A stretch of 64,000 nt of DNA from an uncultured Acidimicrobiales bacterium (GTDB lineage: Bacteria > Actinomycetota > Acidimicrobiia > Acidimicrobiales > SHLQ01): NCBI GenBank assembly GCA_938041035.1, contig CALHYX010000050.1, positions 5,512 to 69,511 on the forward strand. The letters are read 5' to 3'. The position numbers and the translations under genes were made by a program. A model generated the notes under the pieces. The model did no database searches. It saw only the letters and a program-made list of their open reading frames with translations, and was not told where the DNA came from. Below are positions 1 to 9,954 of the stretch, piece after piece. Position 1 is the first letter of the stretch, and the number at the start of each line of letters is the position of its first letter.

Positions 1-436
1 CGAGATCCAGCCGGCGCTCCATGCCTCCGGAGTACTCTCCGATGCGGCGGTCGATCGCCTCCATGTCGATCAACGACGACAGTTGGTCGATGCGTTCGGC
101 GATCTCGTGTTTGTGCAGCCCGTAGAGCCGGCCCTGCAGGTACAGAATCTCCCGGCCGGTCTGGCGCTGGTCGAGCGAGGCGTCCTGGAGCGCCACGCCG
201 ATCTGGAGGCGGATCCGGCCCGCGTCGCCCACCACGTCCATACCGAGCACGGACGCGGAACCCGCCGTCGGCCGCAGCAGCGTCGTCAACATCTTCACCA
301 CGGTCGACTTGCCCGCGCCGTTCGGTCCGAGAAAGCCGTAGATCTCACCCGCCGCAACGGCGAGATCGACCCCGCGGACCGCCAGCACGTCACCGAAGGA
401 GCGTTCCAATCGTTGGGCCGTTATCGCGGATTCCAT
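1..436 (-). CDS. ABC transporter ATP-binding protein (ABC-2/DrrA-like). The N-terminal part is in the window and the C-terminus runs off the left edge.
   Basis: Hand translation of the minus strand from ATG at 436 gives MESAITAQRLERSFGDVLAVRGVDLAVAAGEIYGFLGPNGAGKST (Walker A) and later YSGGMERRLDL (ABC signature). It is absent from the ORF track because it is truncated by the window edge. Confidence 0.85.
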   Translation of the reverse strand, partial: MESAITAQRLERSFGDVLAVRGVDLAVAAGEIYGFLGPNGAGKSTVVKMLTTLLRPTAGSASVLGMDVVGDAGRIRLQIGVALQDASLDQRQTGREILYLQGRLYGLHKHEIAERIDQLSSLIDMEAIDRRIGEYSGGMERRLDL

Positions 437-487
437 CGCCTGAAACTACCCGCCGCGACCAGCGACCTGCGTACCGATCGCGAAACG

Positions 488-1312
488 TCAGCCACCCAGC
501 AGTTCGATGAGTTGTTCGAACCGGGGGCGGGCGATCTCCCGGGCCACATCGGCGCGTTCGTCGGGGGCGGCGGTGGCGACCTCGCGCCAGACGGCCCGAC
601 CGGCCATGAATCCGCTGGCGCCCGCCTCGACCGCCTCGGCGACCTGTTCGGCGTAGCGGGCAAAGGTGACACCGGCCGACAACAGCGCCCAGGGGCGACC
701 GGCGCAGCACTCGGTGATCTCGGCGCACCGGCCCGGCCCGGGAAACGCCACCTTGAGTAGCGGCGGCTTCATGGGGGCAAAGGTACGGGCGGCTTCGAGG
801 TGCATCCCCGGCACGACATCGGGCCCGTACGGCACGGGTTCGAGCACGAGATCGACGCCAGCCTCCCGGCAGCGATCGACGACCGTTGCGGCGATGCGCT
901 GCTGATCGTCGGCGTGGGCCGAACCGTCGGGCCGCCAGTGCAACAGCAGCTTGGCCACGTCGGCGCCGGCGGCGCGCACCTGTTCGGGCCCCCAGTCCGG
1001 CGCGATGGTCGTGACCACCGATGACGGATCGTCGAGGTAGCCCTGATTCTCGAGCGCACCGATCACGCCGACGCCATCGGGCACCATGGCGTCGGTGATC
1101 GCATCGGGGAGGGTGTATTCGTTCTCGAGCATGACGCCCGTCGCCAGGTCGGCCATGCCCTCCAGCACGGCGTATTTGAGATGACGGATGTCGTCGGACG
1201 ACGCGGCGGCTGGATCCTCGGGCGACACGACGGCTCGCAGCGAGTCGCGGTGATCGATGGCGAGGACGCCGATCCGACCGTCGGCCCGGCGGATCGCGTC
1301 GAGGCCACTCAT
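488..1312 (-). CDS. Class I aldolase-fold protein (LacD / Cgl0159-like), probably the 2-deoxy-5-keto-gluconate-6-phosphate aldolase step of inositol catabolism.
   Basis: Taken from the 299-aa ORF, with the start trimmed to MSGLDAIRR (ATG at 1312), which forms an ATGA overlap with the iolB stop. It has a TIM-barrel-like sequence and sits directly downstream of iolG-iolB. The function is inferred from this context. Confidence 0.65.
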   Translation of the reverse strand: MSGLDAIRRADGRIGVLAIDHRDSLRAVVSPEDPAAASSDDIRHLKYAVLEGMADLATGVMLENEYTLPDAITDAMVPDGVGVIGALENQGYLDDPSSVVTTIAPDWGPEQVRAAGADVAKLLLHWRPDGSAHADDQQRIAATVVDRCREAGVDLVLEPVPYGPDVVPGMHLEAARTFAPMKPPLLKVAFPGPGRCAEITECCAGRPWALLSAGVTFARYAEQVAEAVEAGASGFMAGRAVWREVATAAPDERADVAREIARPRFEQLIELLGG

Positions 1313-2142
1313 GGTCGAGTCACCGGCAGCTCCCAACCGTCTTTGTCCCAGTCGTCTTCGATCCACAGGAAGTTCTGCGCGAAGCACGGCGGGGTGGTCC
1401 GGGCCTCGTCGTAGAGGTTCCCGGCGAGGAAATTGAGAAAGAACATGTGGCTCCCCGGGCAGGCGACCGACGAGTGGTAGCCCTTCGTCACCAGGGCACA
1501 GTCACCGTCGTTGGCGACCAGCACCTCATCGAAGGGTTCATCGACCCGCCAGTTGCGATGCATGGCAAAGCCGTCGGCGGGGTCGAGACGGAAGTAGTAG
1601 GTCTCCTCCAGGTAGGGCGAACCGTCGTAACCGTCGTGACAGTGCGGCGTCCATCCCGACCACGTGCCGCGCGGCACGTACACCTCGTACAGAATCAGCC
1701 GCTCGGCCGGCAGCGGCGGGGCCAGGATGTGATTGACCTGGCGCCGGGCGGTACCGCCGCCTCGCACTTCGGACTTCATCTCCGCGGGGGCGAACACCCG
1801 CACCGGGTACTTGCCTTCGGCCGGCGCGCTGCCGATGGCGAATTCGGCGTCCCCGTCGGCGGTCACGACAATCTCGGTGCCCGGAGGGGCGTAGAACACG
1901 CTCGGCATCGACGCGAAGACGCTGTCGCGCTCGATGCGGTGGGTGGCCCCGGCGGCGGTGACCGTGACCGCGCCCGAGAGGGGCACGATCGCCACCTCCT
2001 CCCCGTCGCGCCGGGTCTCGTGGGTTTCGCCGTCGCCGAGGCGAACCACCGCGAAGGACAGGTACTCCCATCCCGCCGACTCCGGGGTCACCTCCATGGT
2101 CACCGGCCCGGGGCCGGGTTTGATCAGGTGTTCGGCACTCAC
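1309..2142 (-). CDS. iolB: 5-deoxy-glucuronate isomerase
   Basis: Cupin-type IolB-like sequence (ERLILYEVYVPRGTWSGWTPHCHD...). The start is trimmed to GTG at 2142, which overlaps the iolG stop as GTGA. The upstream part of the ORF is Arg/Gly-rich and overlaps iolG. Confidence 0.85.
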   Translation of the reverse strand: MSAEHLIKPGPGPVTMEVTPESAGWEYLSFAVVRLGDGETHETRRDGEEVAIVPLSGAVTVTAAGATHRIERDSVFASMPSVFYAPPGTEIVVTADGDAEFAIGSAPAEGKYPVRVFAPAEMKSEVRGGGTARRQVNHILAPPLPAERLILYEVYVPRGTWSGWTPHCHDGYDGSPYLEETYYFRLDPADGFAMHRNWRVDEPFDEVLVANDGDCALVTKGYHSSVACPGSHMFFLNFLAGNLYDEARTTPPCFAQNFLWIEDDWDKDGWELPVTRP

Positions 2143-3167
2143 GTGTCCACCTCTCCGGTCAGCACGGGCCGACCTTTCTCGACCGACCGCCAGGCCGCCA
2201 GCCCGCAAAGGAGCGGGGCGCGGGCGTCGGTCGGACCTACCGGGGGTTCGGTCCCCGACGAGATGGCCGAGACGAACTCGGCCCACTCGTCGAGGTAACT
2301 GGTTTCGTATCGTTCGAGGAAGAAGTGCTCGAGGGGTGCCCTCGAGTACCCCTCGGCGGTCGCCAGCTCGGTGGTGCGCTCGTGGACGTTGCGCGAGGTC
2401 ATCATCCCCAGCGAACCAAAGGCCTCGACCCGTTGGTCGTAGCCGTAGGCGGCGCGACGGCTGTTGTCGATCGTGGTCAGGACGCCGTTGGCGTGGGTGA
2501 GGATCAACACCGCGGTGTCGACATCGCCCGCCTCGCCGATGGCCGGGTCGACCCGGACGGCGCCCTTGGCGTACACCTCGACCACCTCGCTTCCCGTGAC
2601 GAATCGGGCCATGTCGAAGTCGTGGATCGTCATGTCGCGAAAGATCCCGCCCGAGACGGCGATGTACTCGATGGGCGGCGGTCCGGGGTCCCGGCTGGTG
2701 ATGCGCAACATCTCCAGGTCACCAACGGCGCCGGCGGCCACCGCCTCCTGCAAGGCTCGGTGGTTGGGGTCGAACCGGCGGTTGAACCCGACCTGGAGCG
2801 AAACGCCTGCCTCCGCAACCGCGGCCAGGCCGCGGTCGACCTCGGCCAGGTCGAGCGAAACCGGCTTCTCGCAAAAGATGTGCCGTCCGGCGGCGGCGGC
2901 GGCCACCATGGCGTCGACGTGGGTGTCGGTGCTGGTGCAGATGGCCACCGCGTCGGCCGGAGCCGCCAGCGCGTCGTCGAGGGTCGCAAACGCGGGGCAA
3001 CCGAAGTCGTCGGCCACCGATGCTGCGGCATCGGCCGCGATGTCGTACACGCCGGCGAGCGCCGCCCCGGGAATCTGCCGGGCGAGCATCTCGGCGTGCA
3101 TGCGGCCGATCCGGCCGGCACCGAGCACGACGATGCGGACCGGGGATGGGGGGTCGGGTGGGGTCAC
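2139..3167 (-). CDS. iolG: Inositol 2-dehydrogenase (Gfo/Idh/MocA family)
   Basis: Has the N-terminal Rossmann motif VVLGAGRIGRMHA, the EKP motif (IFCEKPVS) and the GFNRRFDP motif. It lies in the iol cluster. Confidence 0.85.
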   Translation of the reverse strand: MTPPDPPSPVRIVVLGAGRIGRMHAEMLARQIPGAALAGVYDIAADAAASVADDFGCPAFATLDDALAAPADAVAICTSTDTHVDAMVAAAAAGRHIFCEKPVSLDLAEVDRGLAAVAEAGVSLQVGFNRRFDPNHRALQEAVAAGAVGDLEMLRITSRDPGPPPIEYIAVSGGIFRDMTIHDFDMARFVTGSEVVEVYAKGAVRVDPAIGEAGDVDTAVLILTHANGVLTTIDNSRRAAYGYDQRVEAFGSLGMMTSRNVHERTTELATAEGYSRAPLEHFFLERYETSYLDEWAEFVSAISSGTEPPVGPTDARAPLLCGLAAWRSVEKGRPVLTGEVDT

Positions 3168-3194
3168 TGCTTACCTCCAGCGCCTGGGCGGCTG

Positions 3195-3212
3195 CCGCGT
3201 TCGGGAACGCGG
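3195..3212. promoter_or_regulatory. 18-bp perfect palindrome CCGCGTTCGGGAACGCGG in the divergent iolG / lipoprotein intergenic region. Candidate operator.
   Basis: The inverted repeat was read directly from the sequence. It lies 28 nt upstream of the iolG start codon. Confidence 0.3.
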
Positions 3213-3370
3213 TTGTCGACCGCATACAATCGCGAACGTGATGAACCCGTCATCGCCACGTGGTTCAGGCGTGTAACGCCGGGCACACTGTGGTCGTGGC
3301 GGGAGAAACGGTGGTCGGTCGAATGACGTGGTTGGCTGCATACAGCGGACGACGAAAGGCGAACACCACT

Positions 3371-4003
3371 ATGAAGTTCCGGATGATTCCTGCGGCAGGC
3401 CTGGCGATAGCGCTTGCGGCGAGCGGGTGCGGCAACATTGCCGAGAACCTCGGCGAGCGGGCCCTCGAGGAAGCGGTCGAAGCCGGGATTGAGGCCGAGG
3501 ACGGCGGCAACGTGGAAATCGACATCGACGGCGACAGCGGCTCGATCACCATCGAGGGGGAAGACGGCGAGAAGGTCTCGATCAGCGGCGAAGCCGACGA
3601 CGAGGGCGGTTCGTTCAAAATCGAGGGCGAGGACGGCGAGACCTTCGAGATCAACGGTGGTGATGATGCCGAGCTCCCCGAGGACTGGCCGGCCTTCATG
3701 CCCGACATCCCGGGCACCATCGTGTCGACCCAGCAGATCGGCAGCGATGCCGAGGGCTACACGGTGAACGTCGTGACGACCACCGACGACCCCATAGGCG
3801 CTCACGAGAGCATCGTGGCCGACCTCGAAGGCCAGGGGTTCACGGTCGAGGTGAAGCAGCAGGGGTCCACCGAGGCGGGCGAAAACCGCACGGCGGTGCT
3901 CTCCAACGACGCCCACACCGTGACCACCACGGCCTGGACCGAGGGCGCTGCCGGAAACGGCGAGGGAACCCTGACGGTGTCGGTGACGCCGAAGACCAGT
4001 TGA
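3371..4003 (+). CDS. Acidic secreted lipoprotein of unknown function
   Basis: Internal ATG at 3371 gives MKFRMIPAAGLAIALAASGCGN, a signal peptide with the lipobox LAASGC. The mature part is rich in D, E and G. Confidence 0.7.
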   Translation: MKFRMIPAAGLAIALAASGCGNIAENLGERALEEAVEAGIEAEDGGNVEIDIDGDSGSITIEGEDGEKVSISGEADDEGGSFKIEGEDGETFEINGGDDAELPEDWPAFMPDIPGTIVSTQQIGSDAEGYTVNVVTTTDDPIGAHESIVADLEGQGFTVEVKQQGSTEAGENRTAVLSNDAHTVTTTAWTEGAAGNGEGTLTVSVTPKTS

Positions 4004-4125
4004 TCCACCGCCCGGCTGACGAGTCGGGCGACAAGAGCGGCGGGAACCGCAGCGAGGCGTCGGAAACGCCCATCGATTCGATGGTCGACCGGCGTCTCGT
4101 TCGCGTTTTCGGTGCCCGGCGCCGA

Positions 4126-4977
4126 TCACCCGCGAACCTCGGGTCCCGGAACCGGCTGCTGCCCCGCGCCGATCACCGACTGGTCGTAGTCGATACACGC
4201 TCCGGTCATCAGGCCGCTCTCCTCCGAGGCCAAAAAGGCGATGGCCCGCGCCGCCTCGGCGGGATCGATCAGTCGACCGAACGGCTGGGCCGCAGCGGCC
4301 TCGACCAACCAGTCCTCGGCCGCCCCTTCGGCCTCGATCTGCACCCGATGCTCGTTCGGTGTGTTCATCCAACCGAGGTTGACGGTGTTGATACGGATCT
4401 GGTCCCGCATGACCGAATAGGCGGCGTTCTTGGTGAGCGTCATCAACCCCGCCTTCGAGACGGCATAGGGCAACAGCGTCGGCAACGAGCCGTAGCCCGA
4501 GACGCTGCCCACGTTCACGATCCGGCCGGCGATCGCCTCGCGGCGCATGATCGAGACGGCTCCCTGTATGAGCTGGAACGGCGCCCGGACGTTGATGGCC
4601 TGCATCCGGTCCCAATCCTCGACCGTGGTGTGGGTGAGCGTGCCGCGGTCGGTGAGCGCGGCGGCGTTCACGAGCACATCGACCCGGCCGTGCCGGGCAT
4701 CGACGGCCGGCATCACGCCGGCGACCTGGCCGGCCTCGCTCAGCTCGACCGGCTGAAACCAGGCGTCGGCCCCGGCGGCGATGAGATCGGCGCAGACCCG
4801 TTCACCCCGCTCGGCGTTTCGACCACACACCACGACCGCCGCGGCACCCCGGGTGACGAAGAGCCGGGCGACGGCCTCCCCCAGCCCCTGGGTGGCGCCG
4901 TTGATGACGGCGACCTGGCCATCGAGTCGGCGCTGGTCAGCATGGTCGACTGGTCCGGCGCTGTCGGTGGCGGTCAC
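4126..4977 (-). CDS. SDR family oxidoreductase
   Basis: Has the NGATQGLG cofactor motif and the YAVSKAG (YxxxK) motif. The GTG start at 4977 overlaps the iolD stop as GTGA. Confidence 0.85.
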   Translation of the reverse strand: MTATDSAGPVDHADQRRLDGQVAVINGATQGLGEAVARLFVTRGAAAVVVCGRNAERGERVCADLIAAGADAWFQPVELSEAGQVAGVMPAVDARHGRVDVLVNAAALTDRGTLTHTTVEDWDRMQAINVRAPFQLIQGAVSIMRREAIAGRIVNVGSVSGYGSLPTLLPYAVSKAGLMTLTKNAAYSVMRDQIRINTVNLGWMNTPNEHRVQIEAEGAAEDWLVEAAAAQPFGRLIDPAEAARAIAFLASEESGLMTGACIDYDQSVIGAGQQPVPGPEVRG

Positions 4978-6836
4978 CAGCCCACCCGTTGATCGGCTTT
5001 GCCGGCGTCCATCTCGGCCCGGGCATCGAGCACGGTCGCCCGGTCCGACACCTCGGGTACGCCGACCTCCCAGAAGGATCCGCCTTCGGTCCACGAGTAC
5101 GCGTCCGTCTTCAGCGCAATCACATAGGTGCGGTCGGCGGCGCGAGCCCGTTCGAACGCCGCTTCCAACTCGCCAATGTCGGTGACCGTCTCGGACTCGC
5201 ACCCCATGGCCGCGGCGTGGGCGGCGAAATCGACCGATACGACGTCGCGGACGTTGCAGTCCGCGATGAGGTTGTTGAACGGTGCCCCGCCCTGACCGGT
5301 CTGCAGTCGGTTGATCACCGCGAAGCCGCCGTTGTCGCAGACGATCACGATCAGCTTGTGACCGCTCAGAACCGAGCTGTACAGGTCCGAGTTCATCATC
5401 AGATACGAACCGTCGCCGACGAAGACCACGACCTCCCGATCGGGCAGCGCCATCTTGGCGCCCCAGCCGCCGGCGATCTCATAGCCCATGCAGCTGAACC
5501 CGTATTCGGCATCGAAGGAGTGCACCGTGTCCGACCGCCACCCGTTCACCAGTTCGCCGGGGAAGCCGCCGGCCGCGGTGAGTGCGTAGGTCGAGGCGTC
5601 GGCCGCCCGGTCGACCACGCCAACGACCTGGGCGTAGGTGGGCAGATCGGGGCCGCCGCTCGGCGCGGCCAATTTGTCGATGTAGGCGTGGTACTGGGCG
5701 GTTTCGGCGCCGGCGCGATCGCTCCACTCGTCGGGAGACCGCCACTCCCCCATCGCTTCGGACAGCTCGGCCAGCGTCGTGCGGGCGTCGCCGACGAGCG
5801 GCAGGCTCCGGTGTTTGGTCGCGTCGAAGCGGGCGGTGTTGAGACCGATGATCGCCACGTTCTCGTCTTTGAAAACCGTCCACGAACCGGTGGCGAAGTC
5901 CTGGAGTCGGCTGCCGACCGCCAACACCACGTCGGCTTCGCCCGCCAGGGCGTTCGCCGACGTGCAGCCGGTTACCCCGAGTGTGCCGGCATTGAGCGGA
6001 TCACCCGAGACGAGGCTGGTCCGACCGGCCACCGTCTCGACCACGGGGATGTTGTGCGCCGCGGCGAACCGGGCCAGTTCGGGTTCGGCGAGCGACCAGT
6101 GCACCCCACCGCCGGCGATGATCAGGGGGCGTTCGGCAGTGCGCAGCCGCGACGCGGCTTCGGCCAACTCCTGGGTATCGGGCCGGGGCCGCCGCATCCG
6201 ATGCACGGTGCGCGCAAAGAACCGTTCGGGGTAGTCGTAGGCCTCGGCCTGCACATCCTGGGGTAGGCCGATGAATGCCGGTCCACAGTCGCCGGGGTCG
6301 AGCATCGTGTGGAGCGCGATCGGCAGCGATTGTACGACCTGTTCGGGGCGGGTCAGTCGGTCCCAGTAGCGAACCACCGGTCGAAACGCGTCGTTCACCG
6401 TGGTGGACGGCTCGCCGAAGTGCTCGACCTGTTGCAGCACCGGATCGGGGATGCGGGACTGGAACGTATCGCCGGCGAGCAGGAGCAGCGGGAGCCGGTT
6501 CGCCATCGCCACGCCCGCGGCGGTGACCATGTTGGTCGCCCCAGGGCCCACCGAGGACGTCGCCACCATGATCTGGCGGCGGCGGCTCGCCTTGGCGTAC
6601 GCGGTCGCCGCCAGCGCCATTCCCTGTTCGTTCTGGCCGCGCCAGGTCGGGAAGTCGTCGGCAACCTCCTGGAGTGCATGGCCGAGACAGGTCACGTTGC
6701 CGTGCCCGAAGATGGCGTACACGCCGGGAACCAGTCGCGCCTCGGTGGTCGAGCCATCGGGCTGTTCCAGCTCGATGTACTGCGCCATGAGGTAGCGGAC
6801 GATCGCCTGGGCGGTCGTCAAACGGACGGTCTGCAT
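4974..6836 (-). CDS. iolD: 3D-(3,5/4)-trihydroxycyclohexane-1,2-dione acylhydrolase (ThDP-dependent)
   Basis: 620-aa protein with acetolactate-synthase-like ThDP enzyme architecture (GDGSYLMMNSDL ThDP motif), located in the iol cluster. Confidence 0.9.
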   Translation of the reverse strand: MQTVRLTTAQAIVRYLMAQYIELEQPDGSTTEARLVPGVYAIFGHGNVTCLGHALQEVADDFPTWRGQNEQGMALAATAYAKASRRRQIMVATSSVGPGATNMVTAAGVAMANRLPLLLLAGDTFQSRIPDPVLQQVEHFGEPSTTVNDAFRPVVRYWDRLTRPEQVVQSLPIALHTMLDPGDCGPAFIGLPQDVQAEAYDYPERFFARTVHRMRRPRPDTQELAEAASRLRTAERPLIIAGGGVHWSLAEPELARFAAAHNIPVVETVAGRTSLVSGDPLNAGTLGVTGCTSANALAGEADVVLAVGSRLQDFATGSWTVFKDENVAIIGLNTARFDATKHRSLPLVGDARTTLAELSEAMGEWRSPDEWSDRAGAETAQYHAYIDKLAAPSGGPDLPTYAQVVGVVDRAADASTYALTAAGGFPGELVNGWRSDTVHSFDAEYGFSCMGYEIAGGWGAKMALPDREVVVFVGDGSYLMMNSDLYSSVLSGHKLIVIVCDNGGFAVINRLQTGQGGAPFNNLIADCNVRDVVSVDFAAHAAAMGCESETVTDIGELEAAFERARAADRTYVIALKTDAYSWTEGGSFWEVGVPEVSDRATVLDARAEMDAGKADQRVGW

Positions 6837-6877
6837 CGCTCTACCCTTCTTCCCTTCTTCGCCCTGTTTGGCGCTGA

Positions 6878-8059
6878 TCAGTCAGCTCGAATCGAGGTGA
6901 CCGGTTCCCAACGTTGCGAGTCCCACGATCGCACGAGCGCCGACTGCACGCTCACGTAGTCGATCGCCTCGGAGAATCCCGGCTGGTGCTGGACTCCGGT
7001 GGCCACCGCGTTCAGGAACTCATAGCCCTCGATGACCTTCATATCCTCGTACCCGATCGCATTGGCATCACCGGGCACAAAGTTGCCGTGATACGGATAC
7101 CGGTCGCCGGCGTACACCGTGGTGTAACCGTCGTGCAGCTCGTCGTCGTCGAGCAGGAACAGCTGCATCTCGTTCATGGTTTCCAGGTTCCATCCCAGCG
7201 CCCCCTTGGTCCCGTGCACCTCAAAGGCCATCTGGCTCTGAGGACCGATGATGTTGCGCGAGACCTCGAACGAACCCTGGGCGCCGTTGGCGAAGGTCGC
7301 CAACATCCCCGCGTAGTCCTCGTTGGTGACCGGACCCGTCGGGTCGCCCGGAGCGCCGCGGTCGTAGTGGGTCCCGCCGGGCTGGGGCACGGGACGATCG
7401 GTGATGAAGGTCTTGCGCATCCCCACCACCGAGTCGATCGGCCCGATGAGCATGTGGGCCAGGTCGACGGAATGGCTGAGAATGTCGGTGGTGACGCCGT
7501 AGCCGGCACCATCGAATTCGAATCGCCACGACAGCAGCCCGAGCGGGTCGGAGCCGTACATCGAGAAGAACCGACCGCGGTAGTTGGTGATGTCGCCCAG
7601 GCGACCGTCGGCGATGAGTTGCCGGGCGTACTGCACGAGGGGCGCCCAGCGGTAGTTGTAGCCAACCCCGGTGATCACGCCGGCCTCGCGGGCTGCCCTG
7701 TCGGCCGCCACCGTCTGCTCCGGGGTACCGCCGACCGGCTTCTCGCAAAACACGTGCTTGCCATTGGCCGCGGCGGCCTCGACCATCTCGACGTGGAGCA
7801 TGTTCGGTGAACACACCGTCACCACATCGACATCGGGGTGTTCGACCACGCGCCGCCAGTCGGTCGCCCCTTTGGCAAAACCAAACGAATCGACCGCCTG
7901 GGTGCACCGTTCCTCGAGGTTGTCACCGACGATGACGAGCTCGGGGTCAAACACCCGATCGGGAAACAGCGTCGGTATGCGGGCGTAGCTGCGGCTGTGG
8001 GCCTGACCCATCCAGCCGAAACCGATCACACCGACACCGATGCGCTTGCGGGCTGTCAT
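6878..8059 (-). CDS. Gfo/Idh/MocA family oxidoreductase
   Basis: Has the Rossmann motif GVIGFGWMGQAH and the EKP motif VFCEKPV. 393 aa. Confidence 0.85.
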   Translation of the reverse strand: MTARKRIGVGVIGFGWMGQAHSRSYARIPTLFPDRVFDPELVIVGDNLEERCTQAVDSFGFAKGATDWRRVVEHPDVDVVTVCSPNMLHVEMVEAAAANGKHVFCEKPVGGTPEQTVAADRAAREAGVITGVGYNYRWAPLVQYARQLIADGRLGDITNYRGRFFSMYGSDPLGLLSWRFEFDGAGYGVTTDILSHSVDLAHMLIGPIDSVVGMRKTFITDRPVPQPGGTHYDRGAPGDPTGPVTNEDYAGMLATFANGAQGSFEVSRNIIGPQSQMAFEVHGTKGALGWNLETMNEMQLFLLDDDELHDGYTTVYAGDRYPYHGNFVPGDANAIGYEDMKVIEGYEFLNAVATGVQHQPGFSEAIDYVSVQSALVRSWDSQRWEPVTSIRAD

Positions 8060-9000
8060 CGTTCGTAGACCTCGGGGTTCACACAGCTTGCGGGACGGTC
8101 GCCGCCGAGCACGGTGTGCACGTTGGCGATGGCGTGGGTGTACATCCGGCGCCGCCCCCGATCGGTTGCGGACGCAATGTGTGGTGTCACCACTACGTTC
8201 TCGCGGGTTAGGAGGGGATGTCCGATCGGGAGCGGTTCCGGTGTGGTCACATCCAGCGCGACGAACGCCAGGTGACCAGATTCGAGCGCGGCGACGAGTG
8301 CGTCCTGGTCCACCACGCCGCCCCGAGCGGCGTTGACGAACACCGCTCCGGGTTTCATGGCGGCCAAGGCGGTTTCGTCGACCATCTCGCGGGTTTCATC
8401 GGTAAGGGGACAGTGCATGGTGACCACGTCGGAGCGGCGCCACAGCTCGTCGAGACCCACCGAAGCAAAGGCGATGTCGTCGACGTAGGGATCGTGCACG
8501 ATGACGTCCATGTCGAGGGCCGCCGCGGCCCGTGCGACCCGCGAGCCAATGCGGCCGTAGCCGACGACCCCGATGGTGCGACCCGCCAACTCCATGCCCT
8601 CGTTGGCGGCGTAGTAGTCGCCGTCGTGATCGCGCAGGCGCCGCTGGTTGGCCGGGAGGCTCTTCGTGGCCGACAAAAGCAGGGCCATCGTGTGCTCGGC
8701 CGTGGACACGGTCGGCGATTCCGGCGCGTTGCACACGACGATACCCCGCTCGGTAGCGGCGTCGAGGTCGACGGTGTCGAAGCCGATACCCGTGCGCGAG
8801 ATCACCTGGAGGTCGGGAGCTTCGGCCATCCGTTCACCCGGCCAGAGCGACGCCCCGGCCAACACCGCTACGGCGGCGGGCAGGGCCTCGGACTCGGGGC
8901 CGATCACGGTGAAGTCATCGCCGAAGATGTCTTCGAACCCATCCGGGATCGCTCGATCGATGTACAGCGCCGGTGGCGATGTGGACCCGACCGAAGTCAT
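8056..9000 (-). CDS. D-isomer-specific 2-hydroxyacid dehydrogenase family protein
   Basis: The start is trimmed to ATG at 9000 (ATGA overlap with the iolC stop). Has the NAD motif GVVGYGRIGSRVA and the C-terminal PHIASAT motif. Confidence 0.85.
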   Translation of the reverse strand: MTSVGSTSPPALYIDRAIPDGFEDIFGDDFTVIGPESEALPAAVAVLAGASLWPGERMAEAPDLQVISRTGIGFDTVDLDAATERGIVVCNAPESPTVSTAEHTMALLLSATKSLPANQRRLRDHDGDYYAANEGMELAGRTIGVVGYGRIGSRVARAAAALDMDVIVHDPYVDDIAFASVGLDELWRRSDVVTMHCPLTDETREMVDETALAAMKPGAVFVNAARGGVVDQDALVAALESGHLAFVALDVTTPEPLPIGHPLLTRENVVVTPHIASATDRGRRRMYTHAIANVHTVLGGDRPASCVNPEVYER

Positions 9001-9953
9001 GTCGCGGCTCCCCGTTCGGTGAGGAAGCTCTCGATTTCGGCGAGCGTCGGCATGTCGTCGGCACACATCATGCGCCCGGCCACGATCGCGCCGGCGGCGT
9101 TCGCGTAACGGGCGATCCGGTCGAGTTCCCAGCCCTGGGCGAGTCCGTAGGAGAACGCGCCACCGAAGGCGTCGCCGCTGCCGAGGCCGCACACCACATC
9201 GACCGGGTAGGGGGCATACGCGTCCCGGCCATCGGCGGTGGCCACCATCACGCCGTCGCCGCCGAGTTTCACCACGGCGATCTCGACGCCCCGTTCGAGC
9301 AGCGCGTCGGCGGCGGCATCGGGGTCGGCGGTTCCCACCGCGACCTCGCACTCGGTCCGGTTCCCGATCGCCACCGAGACGTGGTCGAGCATGGGCGAGA
9401 TGGCGGCGTGAGCCGCCGCCGGCGACTCCCAGAACATGGGTCGCCAGTCGAGGTCGAGCACGGTATGGCGCTTGCGGCCCCGTCGCCGCAGCAGTTCGGT
9501 CACCGTCGCCGCACTCGGTTCGGCGTGAAAGCGCGAGGCCGGCACCCAGAAGATGTCGGTTTCGACGATCGCCTCGACCGGCACGTCCTCGAGGGCGAGG
9601 TCGAGATCCGGGGCCGATGGGTACCGGTAGAAGATGATCGTCGGATCTTCGGGCGGATCGAGTTCGGCGAACGCCAGCGGGGTCGGAAGCTCCGGGTGGG
9701 AGCTGACCCACCGGGAGTCGACCCCGAAGGTGTGTTCGAGGGCGTGGCGCACGTAGTCACCGAACTGGTCGTCGCCGACCTTGGTCACCGTCGCCGCACT
9801 GAGGCCCAGCCGCGCCGCCGCCACGGCGACGTTCGTCGACGAGCCACCGATCGACTTCTGGAACGACTCCACCTCGGTCATCGACCGATGGGGTTGTTGG
9901 GCATAGAGGTCGACGCTGACCCGCCCGATGGTGATGAGTTGGGGCGTGGTCAC
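8997..9953 (-). CDS. iolC: 5-dehydro-2-deoxygluconokinase (PfkB family)
   Basis: PfkB kinase sequence (GLGSGDAFGGAF anion hole) in the iol cluster. The start is trimmed to GTG at 9953, just after the ABC ATPase stop. Confidence 0.85.
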   Translation of the reverse strand: MTTPQLITIGRVSVDLYAQQPHRSMTEVESFQKSIGGSSTNVAVAAARLGLSAATVTKVGDDQFGDYVRHALEHTFGVDSRWVSSHPELPTPLAFAELDPPEDPTIIFYRYPSAPDLDLALEDVPVEAIVETDIFWVPASRFHAEPSAATVTELLRRRGRKRHTVLDLDWRPMFWESPAAAHAAISPMLDHVSVAIGNRTECEVAVGTADPDAAADALLERGVEIAVVKLGGDGVMVATADGRDAYAPYPVDVVCGLGSGDAFGGAFSYGLAQGWELDRIARYANAAGAIVAGRMMCADDMPTLAEIESFLTERGAAT

Positions 9954-9954
9954 G

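Noticed and set aside
3164-4615. 483-aa minus-strand ORF spanning the lipoprotein gene and part of the SDR gene
   Set aside because: It is Arg/Gly-rich low-complexity sequence. It overlaps a plus-strand lipoprotein gene with a signal peptide and lipobox, and it is out of frame with the SDR.
9001-9711. Upstream 237-codon extension of the 2-hydroxyacid dehydrogenase ORF (551 aa in the track). Similar long 5' extensions occur on the ORFs at 49459-50844, 26037-27287 and 12901-14232.
   Set aside because: The extensions overlap the preceding, well-supported genes in another frame and are Arg/Pro/Gly-rich. Internal starts with ATGA/GTGA stop-start overlaps or good RBSs give proteins of normal family length.
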